Positions 21,340 through 30,602 of a DNA stretch of 64,000 nucleotides are shown piece after piece (the first letter of the stretch is position 1; every line of letters begins with the position of its first letter). The DNA lies in contig CABREJ010000004.1 of assembly GCA_902469905.1 (NCBI GenBank), forward strand, positions 108,554 to 172,553, given 5' to 3'. The translations under genes were made by a program, and so were the position numbers. The notes under the pieces were generated by a model. That model saw nothing but the letters and a program-made list of their open reading frames with translations. It did no database searches and had not been told where the DNA came from. The stretch comes from an uncultured Eubacteriales bacterium (lineage in GTDB: Bacteria; Bacillota; Clostridia; Lachnospirales; CAG-274).

Positions 21340-23937
21340 CTATTCATCTATACTATTTAATCCACTTAACTTTTCCTTAATATCATAAAGTTGCTTCATA
21401 GCCTCAAAAGGAGTAATGTTATTTAAGTCAATGCTACCTACACTGTCAGATATTTCTCTTAATACTTCAACCTTTCTAGCTATAGGTTCATCATCATAGC
21501 TAAAGTCATCAATATCAACATTGACAGTTTTATCCTCTGTGGCAAGAAGTTTTAATATAGTATTTGCTCTTTTAACAACACTTCTAGGCACACCAGCTAT
21601 TTTAGCTACGTGAACACCGTAACTTCTATCTGTGCCACCTTCAATAATCTTTCTTAAGAATATAATATCCTCGCCCTGCTCCTTAACACTGACACAATAG
21701 TTTTTGACGCCCTTTACCTTGCCTTCAAGCTCAGTAAGTTCGTGATAATGAGTGGCAAAGAGTGTTCTTGCTCCAATTTTATTGGCTATATATTCAAGTA
21801 CAGCCCAAGCAATACTTAAGCCGTCAAAAGTTGAAGTACCTCTACCTATTTCATCAAGTATGAGAAGACTATTTTTAGTAGCATTATTAAGAATGTTAGC
21901 AACCTCAACCATTTCCACCATAAATGTTGACTGACCTGTTGCAAGGTCGTCAGATGCACCAACTCTAGTAAATATTCTATCTGTTATGCCAATTTCAGCA
22001 CTTTCAGCCGGTACAAAGCTACCCATTTGAGCCATAAGCACAAGCAAAGCTGTTTGACGCATATATGTAGACTTACCAGCCATATTAGGACCAGTGATTA
22101 TTGCTAAAGACTCATTGTCATTAAGATAAGTGTCATTAGGAATAAAACTTTCTTTACTTACTTTTTCTACTACGGGGTGTCTGCCTGCCTTAATATCAAT
22201 AACACTAGTATTATTGACAACAGGCTTAACATAATTGTTTTTGTCTGCTACATCGCCTAAGGATTGAAGAACATCAATAACAGATAAATAATAAGCTGTA
22301 GACTGTATTCTCTCTACCTTTTGTGCTATTTGACTTCTTATATTACTAAATAGGTCATATTCAAGTGCCACAACCTTTTCATCAGCACCTAATATTGTAT
22401 CTTCTATTTCCTTTAACTCTGGTGTAATATATCTTTCAGCATTAGTCAATGTTTGCTTTCTTATATATCTATCTGGCACTTGGTCTTTATATGAATTAGT
22501 TACTTCAATATAATAGCCAAAAACCTTGTTATACTTTATTCTAAGTTTAGGTATATTAGTTGCCTCTTTTTCCTTTGCCTCAAGTTCAGTAAGCCAGCCT
22601 GCACCCTCTGTTTTTGCACTTCTTAATTTATCAACTTCCTCATTATAGCCTGCCTTAATTATGCCGCCCTCTCTTACACTAAAAGGAGCTTCGTCAGATA
22701 TACTTTCATTTATAAGATTATATATATCCTCAAGGCAATCAAAATTGTTATATATTTCTTTGACATAATTAGAATTGTAAGAAGAAATATTGTTTTTGAT
22801 TTGAGGAAGATAAGCAAATGAATTTTTAAGAGCTATTAAGTCCTTACCATTAGCTGTGGCATAAACAACCTTACCCATTAAACGCTCAATGTCATAAATT
22901 GTGTTAAGCATTTCCTTTAAATCCTCTCTTTCAAAAGGAGAATTTTTAAATGCCTCTACTGCATCAAGCCTTTTGTTTATTTCTTCACCGTCAATTAAAG
23001 GCTGTTCAAGCCATTTTCTCAAAAGTCTAGCACCCATTGCAGTTTTAGTATTATCTAATACCCACAAAAGTGAGCCTTTTTTCGACTTATCTCTTATAGT
23101 TTGAGTAAGCTCCAAATTTCGTCTTGAACTTATGTCAAGAACCATATATTTGTTTGAAGAATACTTTTTAATAGAAGAAATATGTGACAAATTATTCTTC
23201 TGTGTTTCAATAAGGTATTCAAGCAATGCACCAGCAGAAATTACACAAGGTCTATCATCTTCAAGTCCAAAACCTGCAAGATTAAGGGTCTTAAAGTGGT
23301 TACAAAGGCAAATATTAGCATTTTGATAGTCAAATGCCCAATTATTATATTGACTAACCTTAATATCAAAAATGTTGTTTATCTGTTCGCTTAATTCAAT
23401 TTCACCATTGCATATAATTTCTGACGGATTAAATCTAGCAATTTCATCAATTACCTTATTATCTAAATCACTTGGAACTGATGTTACTTGAAATTCACCA
23501 GTTGACACATCACAGCTTGCCACTCCATAGCCGTCAACATTTTTGTAGATACACATTATATAATTATTTTTGCTTTCATCAAGAACATTTGTGTCAAGTA
23601 CAGTACCAGGTGTTACAATTCTTATAACCTCTCTCTTTACAATACCTACAGCCTTTTTAGGGTCCTCTGTTTGCTCACATATTGCCACCTTGTAGCCTTT
23701 TTCAACAAGTTTTGCAATATATCCGTCAGCAGAGTGAAAAGGGACACCACACATAGGTGCCCTCTCCTCTTGACCACAATTTTTGCCTGTAAGTGTAAGC
23801 TCCAATTCCTTTGAAGCAATAATAGCATCATCATAAAAAAGCTCATAAAAATCCCCTAATCTATAAAATAAAAGGCAATATTTATATTCCTCTTTAATCT
23901 GCATATATTGCTCCATCATAGGTGTTAGCTTAGCCAT
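21340..23937 (-). CDS. mutS: DNA mismatch repair protein MutS
   Basis: 865 aa, Walker A GPNMAGKST and MutS domains. Confidence 0.9.
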   Translation of the reverse strand: MAKLTPMMEQYMQIKEEYKYCLLFYRLGDFYELFYDDAIIASKELELTLTGKNCGQEERAPMCGVPFHSADGYIAKLVEKGYKVAICEQTEDPKKAVGIVKREVIRIVTPGTVLDTNVLDESKNNYIMCIYKNVDGYGVASCDVSTGEFQVTSVPSDLDNKVIDEIARFNPSEIICNGEIELSEQINNIFDIKVSQYNNWAFDYQNANICLCNHFKTLNLAGFGLEDDRPCVISAGALLEYLIETQKNNLSHISSIKKYSSNKYMVLDISSRRNLELTQTIRDKSKKGSLLWVLDNTKTAMGARLLRKWLEQPLIDGEEINKRLDAVEAFKNSPFEREDLKEMLNTIYDIERLMGKVVYATANGKDLIALKNSFAYLPQIKNNISSYNSNYVKEIYNNFDCLEDIYNLINESISDEAPFSVREGGIIKAGYNEEVDKLRSAKTEGAGWLTELEAKEKEATNIPKLRIKYNKVFGYYIEVTNSYKDQVPDRYIRKQTLTNAERYITPELKEIEDTILGADEKVVALEYDLFSNIRSQIAQKVERIQSTAYYLSVIDVLQSLGDVADKNNYVKPVVNNTSVIDIKAGRHPVVEKVSKESFIPNDTYLNDNESLAIITGPNMAGKSTYMRQTALLVLMAQMGSFVPAESAEIGITDRIFTRVGASDDLATGQSTFMVEMVEVANILNNATKNSLLILDEIGRGTSTFDGLSIAWAVLEYIANKIGARTLFATHYHELTELEGKVKGVKNYCVSVKEQGEDIIFLRKIIEGGTDRSYGVHVAKIAGVPRSVVKRANTILKLLATEDKTVNVDIDDFSYDDEPIARKVEVLREISDSVGSIDLNNITPFEAMKQLYDIKEKLSGLNSIDE

Positions 23938-23952
23938 AAATAATCACCCTAA

Positions 23953-24354
23953 TTAGTGACAACCACTACAACTACTGCAACTACCTGTGCAGCCACCAGC
24001 CTCGTCTTCGCACTCACCAGTGATAGTAGCCTGAAAAATTGACATAACCTTGTTAATAACAGCGTTAAATTCGCTTTCAGCCTGTACCATATCATTAATA
24101 ATTTGATTTTTCTTTAAATCATTAATCATTTCTGTCAATTTAGAACCTTCAGCCTTTAAATCTTCCTGAGAAATACTGCCTTCCTGAACTCTCATATTAA
24201 CAGCCTCTCTGTAAGTGTTGTAGTTTAAAAGCTGTTGTCTAGCTTCTTCATTGTTATCAAACATATATCTTGTTTCAGCAACCTTCTTGCCCTCATCTGA
24301 TGCAAGTACAGCATAAGCAAGTTCTCTAGCCTGTTCAAAAATTGAATTTTCCAT
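23953..24354 (-). CDS. YlbF/YmcA-like regulator with C-terminal Cys-rich tail
   Basis: Helical ~115 aa body followed by CEDEAGGCTGSCSSCSGCH. Confidence 0.45.
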   Translation of the reverse strand: MENSIFEQARELAYAVLASDEGKKVAETRYMFDNNEEARQQLLNYNTYREAVNMRVQEGSISQEDLKAEGSKLTEMINDLKKNQIINDMVQAESEFNAVINKVMSIFQATITGECEDEAGGCTGSCSSCSGCH

Positions 24355-24748
24355 TTTATAGCCTCATTTCTATTAATTTTTTTCATAACATTTCAATGTA
24401 TAGTATAACATATTACGACTATATTTTCAATTATAATATTTTAAACAATAAAAAAAGAGCAGCACATTTAACAAAAACTTATTGCTACTTTAAAACGGTA
24501 TCAAATTGTTACTATTATATATAGACAAAAACCTCTAAGCCTTAAAACCAGCCTAGAGGTTTATAAAATTAAACATATACCTACAAAATTTATTAAAAAA
24601 ATTCCCCAATTAAGTAAGTTCCTTTTCCCACAAAGAACTTTTGCGTGCTAATATTAAAGCACCTTATAAACTAATATTCCCCTTCCAATATTTGTTTAAT
24701 AATTATATATTTATAATATCACAAATAAATGATTTAGAATGAATTTTG

Positions 24749-24778
24749 CCTGAAATGTCATTTTATCGCCCTGAAATG
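24749..24778 (+). promoter_or_regulatory. Putative LytTR box: two CCTGAAATG 9-mers separated by 12 bp, upstream of LytTR regulator gene
   Basis: Direct 9-bp repeats with 12-bp spacer is the canonical AgrA/ComE-type geometry. Confidence 0.45.
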
Positions 24779-24845
24779 CACATCTAAATGATTGAAATTA
24801 TTTTATTTTATGATATATTAGTAATAAGATAAATGTTGAAATGGG

Positions 24846-25583
24846 GTGACGGTGATGATTAAAATTGCAGTATGTGACGATGATATTCAAGAGCTTAAAA
24901 AGATTTTAAACATACTATCAGAATATCAAAGTATTAATAAAATATCATTTAAAATTGATTTTTATTCAAGTGGTGATGAGCTAATAAGTGCATTAGAATA
25001 TAATAATTATCAAATACTTATTTTAGATATACTTATGCCTGGAATAAATGGAATAGAAACAGCAAAGGAAATACGCAGTTTTGACTCGGAAGTTGACATT
25101 GTTTTTTTAACATCATCGCCAGAATTTGCAATAGACGGATATTCAGTAAAGGCATTTAATTATCTTATAAAACCAGCTTCATCTGAAACATTATTCCCTA
25201 TTATTAATGAACTAGTGCATAAAACTGCAAAAAGTGAAGATATGCTTATACTAAATTCGCCTTTAGAAACTGTTAAAATACCATTTTCTCACATAGAATT
25301 TTTGGAAATATTTAATAAAAAAATATCATTAAACTTAGATGACGGCAGTGTAAAGGGAATAAGTGGCACATTGTCTGATTTTGAAAAGAAACTTACAACC
25401 CGTAAAGAATTTATAAAAGTGCACCGTTCCTATATTGTAAATATGGATTGTATTCTTTCTCTTAAGAAAAGTGAAATAATAACATACAACAACAAAAAAG
25501 TTCCTGTATCAAGGCTGTTATATAACGATATAAAGCAAAAATATGTAGAATATCTCTTTGGTGATGGAGGCAAAAGTTTATGA
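24846..25583 (+). CDS. LytTR-family response regulator (receiver + LytTR DNA-binding domain)
   Basis: IAVCDDD receiver N-term; C-terminal LytTR (FIKVHRSYIVN). Confidence 0.8.
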   Translation: MTVMIKIAVCDDDIQELKKILNILSEYQSINKISFKIDFYSSGDELISALEYNNYQILILDILMPGINGIETAKEIRSFDSEVDIVFLTSSPEFAIDGYSVKAFNYLIKPASSETLFPIINELVHKTAKSEDMLILNSPLETVKIPFSHIEFLEIFNKKISLNLDDGSVKGISGTLSDFEKKLTTRKEFIKVHRSYIVNMDCILSLKKSEIITYNNKKVPVSRLLYNDIKQKYVEYLFGDGGKSL

Positions 25584-26863
25584 TAAATTTTTTAAAAATA
25601 CTTGAATTAATAAACTATGGACTTGTTACAACATACGGTTTTCTTCTTAGTATTGCTTTTTCTGGTGGGTACAAAAGCATAAAGCAAAAAAATTTGTCTA
25701 TTTACCTACTAGTTATTTTTATACTTATTCAAACACCTCTTAGGTTTATAATGGGTGTTGATTTTACTAAGCAAATATACCCTATTATAGTACATTTGCC
25801 TCTTGTTTTGGTTTTAGTGTTTGCTTTAAAAAAGCCTGTTGGTGTTTCAATTGTTAGTGTATTTACAGCTTATTCCTGCTGTCAATTACCTAGAATGGTA
25901 TCAATTATCGTTCTTTTTATTACTTCATCACCTCTTATTAGTGAAATACTATATACTCTTGCAATTGTGCCAATATTTATTTTGCTTTATAAATATTTTG
26001 CCAAATTTGCTTATACTGCTATGACTTACTCAAGGAATTCTTTGTTTTTGTTTGGCATTTTACCAACAGCCTATTACATATTTGACTTTGCAACTACAAT
26101 TTACACAAAGCTGTTATATTCAGGCATTTATGCTATAAACGAGGCTTTGCCTACAGTCTGCATAATATTTTACATTGGTTTTATAACTTTGTACCACGCA
26201 GATGTGCAAAAAATAAACAAGGCGGAATTTGAAAAATCTACCCTTTCATTAGAATTAAAGCAAGCTGAAACAGAAATAACTGCAATGAAAATAATGAGAG
26301 AACAAAATGCTGTATTTAGACACGATTTAAGACACCATATAAATCTGCTTTCAGCATATCTTGAAAATAACGATGTTAAATCTGCAACAGATTATATTAA
26401 ACAAATGAATACAGATATAGACAAAATTACACCAACTCTGTATTCTGAAAACAACATAGTAAACTTTACATTATCATATTTTAAGTTTAAAGCTAAAGAA
26501 AAAGGAGTTAAACTAAATTGTGAAGTAAATGTGCCACAAGAAATTAATATTCCTGAAACTGACTTAAGTGCTGTTTTGTCAAACACAATAGAAAATGCTA
26601 TTAATGCTGCTACTTGCTGTGATAACTCAATAGATAAAACTGTAAATGTTAATTTACAGGTTAAGAAAAACAAGCTATTAATATCTGTTAAAAATCCTTA
26701 CACTGGATTGATTGAGGTAAAAGATGAACTTCCAACAAATATAGCTGATGGTCACGGCTTTGGTATAAAGAGTATTAAAACAATAGTTGAACATCATAAT
26801 GGTATATACTCCTTTGACTGGGATAATAATATATTTAAAACCCGTATTGTTATGAATATTTAG
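25580..26863 (+). CDS. AgrC/ComD-like sensor histidine kinase (HPK10, GHKL)
   Basis: 6-7 TM N-terminus, RHDLRHHINLL H-box, C-terminal ATPase (DGHGFGIKSI). Confidence 0.75.
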   Translation: MINFLKILELINYGLVTTYGFLLSIAFSGGYKSIKQKNLSIYLLVIFILIQTPLRFIMGVDFTKQIYPIIVHLPLVLVLVFALKKPVGVSIVSVFTAYSCCQLPRMVSIIVLFITSSPLISEILYTLAIVPIFILLYKYFAKFAYTAMTYSRNSLFLFGILPTAYYIFDFATTIYTKLLYSGIYAINEALPTVCIIFYIGFITLYHADVQKINKAEFEKSTLSLELKQAETEITAMKIMREQNAVFRHDLRHHINLLSAYLENNDVKSATDYIKQMNTDIDKITPTLYSENNIVNFTLSYFKFKAKEKGVKLNCEVNVPQEINIPETDLSAVLSNTIENAINAATCCDNSIDKTVNVNLQVKKNKLLISVKNPYTGLIEVKDELPTNIADGHGFGIKSIKTIVEHHNGIYSFDWDNNIFKTRIVMNI

Positions 26864-26938
26864 TGTGATTGTGCTAATAAATTGCAATTTTTTATCAATT
26901 CATAGACCTTATATATAAAACTCACAACCCCTCCCAAA

Positions 26939-26985
26939 TTGATATGTACCCTCTTTACTGGACACCCAGTAAGGAGGGTACATAT
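26939..26985. other. Long near-perfect hairpin (21-bp stem, 5-nt loop) downstream of kinase gene, no U-tract
   Basis: gatatgtaccctctttactgg acacc cagtaaggagggtacatatc. Confidence 0.4.
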
Positions 26986-27337
26986 CACACTGTGTCGATG
27001 TTCAGCTTATAATACTCCAATAAATAATATATAACCTAATTTTTTTGAAAAGGACCAAAATAATTAAAATATGATAAGCGAATTATGAAGAATAGATAAG
27101 TAAAATAATTCCTTTGTCAACTGGTGTTATTTTATAGAAATCACACTACACAAGGTCAAAATTTCAATATTCTCACTGCCAACATATATTTTCTTGTATC
27201 CTTTTATATTTACAAAAAATTTCAATGTAACTCCTTATCATTAATCACCCTTATGCTATTATAACAAACAGCTTAGAACTAACAATTAACAAATAATTAT
27301 TAATCGTACAACTCACCCTTTGCATAATTTGTAAGGG

Positions 27338-28198
27338 GTGATTTTTTTGAGCAGAACAAAATTTGCGATTATAGGAGGAGATTACAGGTACAAACTACTT
27401 AAGGAGTTACTTGAAAAGGACGGCTACATTGTATCCATATATGGCAACATATATTGCGAAAGCACCAATGATATAGACAGCACCATTTCAAATTCAAAGG
27501 CAGTAATAGCACCAATACCAATAACAAAAGACGACAAAAAAGTATATATGAGCGAAAACTTTCAATTAACAGTTGACGACCTTTTAAACTCAATGTCAAG
27601 CAACAATGTTAAGGTATTAATAGGTGGGGTTATTTCAGAAAAGCTCAAAAACATAGCCAATATATACAACATAAAGGCTATTGACTTATTCTCATTAGAG
27701 GAAGTTGCTATAAACAACGCCATACCTACAGCAGAGGGTGCTATAATGACAGCCATACAAGAAAGCGACAAAGTCCTTTTTAAAAGCAAAAGTTTAGTTT
27801 TAGGCTTTGGCAGATGTGGCAAGGTATTAGCCAATATGTTAAAAGGCATAGGAGCAAATGTGTATGTAACATACAGAAAGAAAAGTGATGAAGCCTATAT
27901 AAATTCAATAAGCTGTACACCAATTAGCTTTAATGGATATGACAGAAATATATCAGACTATGACTTTATATTCAACACAATACCAGCACCTATACTCAAT
28001 CAAGAAATATTAAAAAGAATAAGAAAAGACACACCAATAATCGACATAGCACAAGCCCCAGGAGGCTTAGACTACAACTATGCTAGAAAATTAAATTTAA
28101 AAGCAATATATTGCCCAGGCTTGCCAGGCAGAGTTGCACCCTACTCTGCTGCACAAATACTAAAATCATCAATTATTGATATTGTTCTTGACAGCTAA
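27338..28198 (+). CDS. dpaA: Dipicolinate synthase subunit A (start may be TTG at 27347)
   Basis: Block-wise match to B. subtilis DpaA from memory: AIIGGDYR, NAIPTAEGAIMTAIQ, FNTIPAPILNQ, PGGLDY, CPGLPGRVAP. Confidence 0.8.
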   Translation: MIFLSRTKFAIIGGDYRYKLLKELLEKDGYIVSIYGNIYCESTNDIDSTISNSKAVIAPIPITKDDKKVYMSENFQLTVDDLLNSMSSNNVKVLIGGVISEKLKNIANIYNIKAIDLFSLEEVAINNAIPTAEGAIMTAIQESDKVLFKSKSLVLGFGRCGKVLANMLKGIGANVYVTYRKKSDEAYINSISCTPISFNGYDRNISDYDFIFNTIPAPILNQEILKRIRKDTPIIDIAQAPGGLDYNYARKLNLKAIYCPGLPGRVAPYSAAQILKSSIIDIVLDS

Positions 28199-28247
28199 CT
28201 CACCACAAGTCGCCATTAATCATACTATACAAAAGGAGGTGATACAA

Positions 28248-28826
28248 ATGGACCTACAGGGAATAAATCTGGGTTTATGTATGTGTGGCTCTTTTTGTAC
28301 TTTTAGTGAGGTGCTTAAGGAAGTAACAGCTCTAAGCAAAAGAAATATAAATATATACCCTATTTTAAGCTACAACGCTGACAGCATAAACACAAGGTTT
28401 GGAGCTGTAGAGGATTTTAGAGATAAGCTGTATGATATTAGTGGCAACAATATAATATCAACAATAAAGGACGCTGAACCCATAGGTCCTCAAAAGCTGT
28501 TAGATATAATGCTTGTAGCACCTTGCACAGGCAACACACTTGCAAAGCTAAACAACGGAATTACAGACACACCTGTTACAATGGCTTGCAAGGCTCACTT
28601 AAGAAATAATAAACCTCTTGTTATAGCTTTAGCCACAAATGACGCTTTAGGCATAAGCCTTAAGAATATAGGTGGCTTAATAACAAGAAAAAATATATAC
28701 TTTGTTCCATTTTCACAAGATAACCCTGAAAAAAAGCCATTATCAATGATAGCGGATTTTAGCAAAATATATGATACCTTAGCCCTTGCAATAGAGGGAA
28801 AACAAATACAACCAATTATTTTTTAG
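28248..28826 (+). CDS. dpaB: Dipicolinate synthase subunit B (ORF-track start 28176 is an over-extension; ATG at 28248 has AAAGGAGGTGA RBS)
   Basis: LGLCMCGSFCTF, NTRFG, AEPIGP, APCTGNTLAKL, ATNDALG blocks match DpaB. Confidence 0.8.
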   Translation: MDLQGINLGLCMCGSFCTFSEVLKEVTALSKRNINIYPILSYNADSINTRFGAVEDFRDKLYDISGNNIISTIKDAEPIGPQKLLDIMLVAPCTGNTLAKLNNGITDTPVTMACKAHLRNNKPLVIALATNDALGISLKNIGGLITRKNIYFVPFSQDNPEKKPLSMIADFSKIYDTLALAIEGKQIQPIIF

Positions 28827-28844
28827 TAAATATTACTAAATCAC

Positions 28845-28878
28845 AAGCACTTCAGCATAGTTCTGAGGTGCTTTTTGC
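28845..28878 (+). terminator. Terminator after dpaB
   Basis: gcacttcagcatagttctgaggtgc hairpin then TTTTT. Confidence 0.5.
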
Positions 28879-29017
28879 ATAATAAATAAAATATCAAATA
28901 CTAATAGTTTTGCTACATATTTATACTTTTTAGCAATAATATAGTTTTATTTGTCACAAAGTTGTTACGAAAATATTTCAAAAATCGCAAATAATTTTTA
29001 GTTTTTATGCAATTCAC

Positions 29018-29046
29018 TTGACAAATATTGGATATTATTATAGAAT
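29018..29046 (+). promoter_or_regulatory. Sigma-A-type promoter TTGACA-17-TAGAAT for NlpC/P60 gene, followed by tandem CGTAACA repeat (29052-29072)
   Basis: Exact TTGACA, 17-nt spacer, TAGAAT; ~70 nt upstream of ATG. Confidence 0.45.
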
Positions 29047-29117
29047 AGCACTCGTAACATTTGCGTAACATTTTTAATATTTATGATTAATTGTGAAACA
29101 AATTTAGGAGTGATATT

Positions 29118-29870
29118 ATGAAATTATTAAATAAGTTAAATTCAATTATTATTTTAAGCTGTTTCTTTACCATTGCTGGTGCTATGACAGCAAATGCTAG
29201 TGAAGGAGTTTTTTCTGACCTTGTAACTAGTAACAAAATTGTTGACGCTATGCCAACTAAAAATACTAATAACAATATTTATGTTACTTGCAAAACATCT
29301 ATTGATATGAAATCAAACTCATCAAACAATTCAAGACAAATAAGATTGTTGCCAGAGGGCTATAACTTAACTGTGTTAGGTGCTGAATACGGCTGGGTAA
29401 ATGTTAAAGATGATGATGGCAATATTGGTTATGTGTATAGTGGTAATGTTGATTTTAAAAATGGTACAATGCCAGCAAATGTTGACCCATTAGAAGAAAA
29501 AGGCAAAGATATAGTTGATTTTTCAAAGCAATATTTAGGCACACCTTATGTGTGGGGTGGCACAAGCCTTACTTCTGGCGTTGATTGCTCAGGCTTTGTT
29601 TATAGTGTTTATAAAAACTTTGGCATTACATTAAACCGTAGCTCAAAGGGTATGTATTCATCAAATGGCGTAGCTGTGGCTAAGTCAGACTTAATGCCTG
29701 GTGATTTGTTATTCTTTAATACTAGTGGTAGTGGTGTATCTCACGTTGGTATGTATATTGGTAATAATCAGTACATTCACGCCGCATCTACTGATGTTAA
29801 AATATCTAACTTAAATGATAGCTACTCTTTAAGAACATATATTGGGGCTAAAAGAGTGTTGGCGTGTTAA
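29118..29870 (+). CDS. Secreted NlpC/P60 family peptidoglycan hydrolase with SH3-like N-domain
   Basis: Signal peptide; GTPYVWGGTSLTSGVDCSGFV catalytic Cys block; HVGMYIG His. Confidence 0.85.
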   Translation: MKLLNKLNSIIILSCFFTIAGAMTANASEGVFSDLVTSNKIVDAMPTKNTNNNIYVTCKTSIDMKSNSSNNSRQIRLLPEGYNLTVLGAEYGWVNVKDDDGNIGYVYSGNVDFKNGTMPANVDPLEEKGKDIVDFSKQYLGTPYVWGGTSLTSGVDCSGFVYSVYKNFGITLNRSSKGMYSSNGVAVAKSDLMPGDLLFFNTSGSGVSHVGMYIGNNQYIHAASTDVKISNLNDSYSLRTYIGAKRVLAC

Positions 29871-29875
29871 GAGAA

Positions 29876-30480
29876 CCTCCTCATCAGTTACTGCGTGACA
29901 GTTCTCCTCGGAGTGGAGTTAGGTGGCTAATAATTACTTTTATTTATAGTGAACAGGTATATTGTAGGGGCGATTACTAATCGCCCGTTGATTAATTATT
30001 GGTAATAGTTACATCGGGCGAACATTGTTCGCCCCTACAGAAAATCCGTTAATTTTACTTATTACTCAATACTTAATTTATAATATTATTAAATATAACA
30101 TTACATATAATAAACAGTTTATTTGTAGGGGCGACCAGTGGTCGTCCTTTTGTGTTTTTTGAGAACAGGTATACTGTAGATATACACCCTTAAATATTAA
30201 ATATACAGCATACATATAGTGAACAGGTATATTGTAGGGGCGATTACTAATCGCCCGTTGATTAATTATTGGTAATAGTTACATCGGGCGAACATTGTTC
30301 GCCCCTACAAGCAAACAGTAACTATTACATATAACCTATTAACTATTATTTATTACTTATTACCTAAAAATAAAAACCCCTCAGTCACTTCGTGACAGCT
30401 CCCCTACAAGTGGAGCTAAATTATTACCATTACTTATATAATAAAATAAGGACGAGCAATGCTCGCCCCTACAAATGATA
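29876..30480. repeat. Cluster of mosaic intergenic repeats: ~95-bp exact direct repeat (29946-30040 / 30216-30310) each holding a composite palindrome TGTAGGGGCGATTACTAATCGCCC...GGGCGAACATTGTTCGCCCCTACA, plus single hairpin units (30124-30147, 30450-30474) and two minus-orientation copies of the 45-nt element (29885-29926, 30373-30418)
   Basis: Read directly; arms GGGCGATT/AATCGCCC, GGGCGAAC/GTTCGCCC, outer TGTAGGGG/CCCCTACA are reverse complements. Confidence 0.7.
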
Positions 30481-30602
30481 TAACTTTGTCTAATATCTAT
30501 CACACGCATTTTGCTACGCAAAACAAATCTTTCGGTGCAATATGTTCTCTCCTACAAGTAACAATAACTATTATCTATTAATTATTATTTCTTACCTACT
30601 AT

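Noticed and set aside
29876-30480. Whether the hairpin-repeat clusters (also 35545-36320) are CRISPR arrays
   Set aside because: The units are palindromic with variable cores, irregular spacing and recurring 'spacers'. There is no repeat-unique-spacer periodicity. They are dispersed REP/BOX-like elements.
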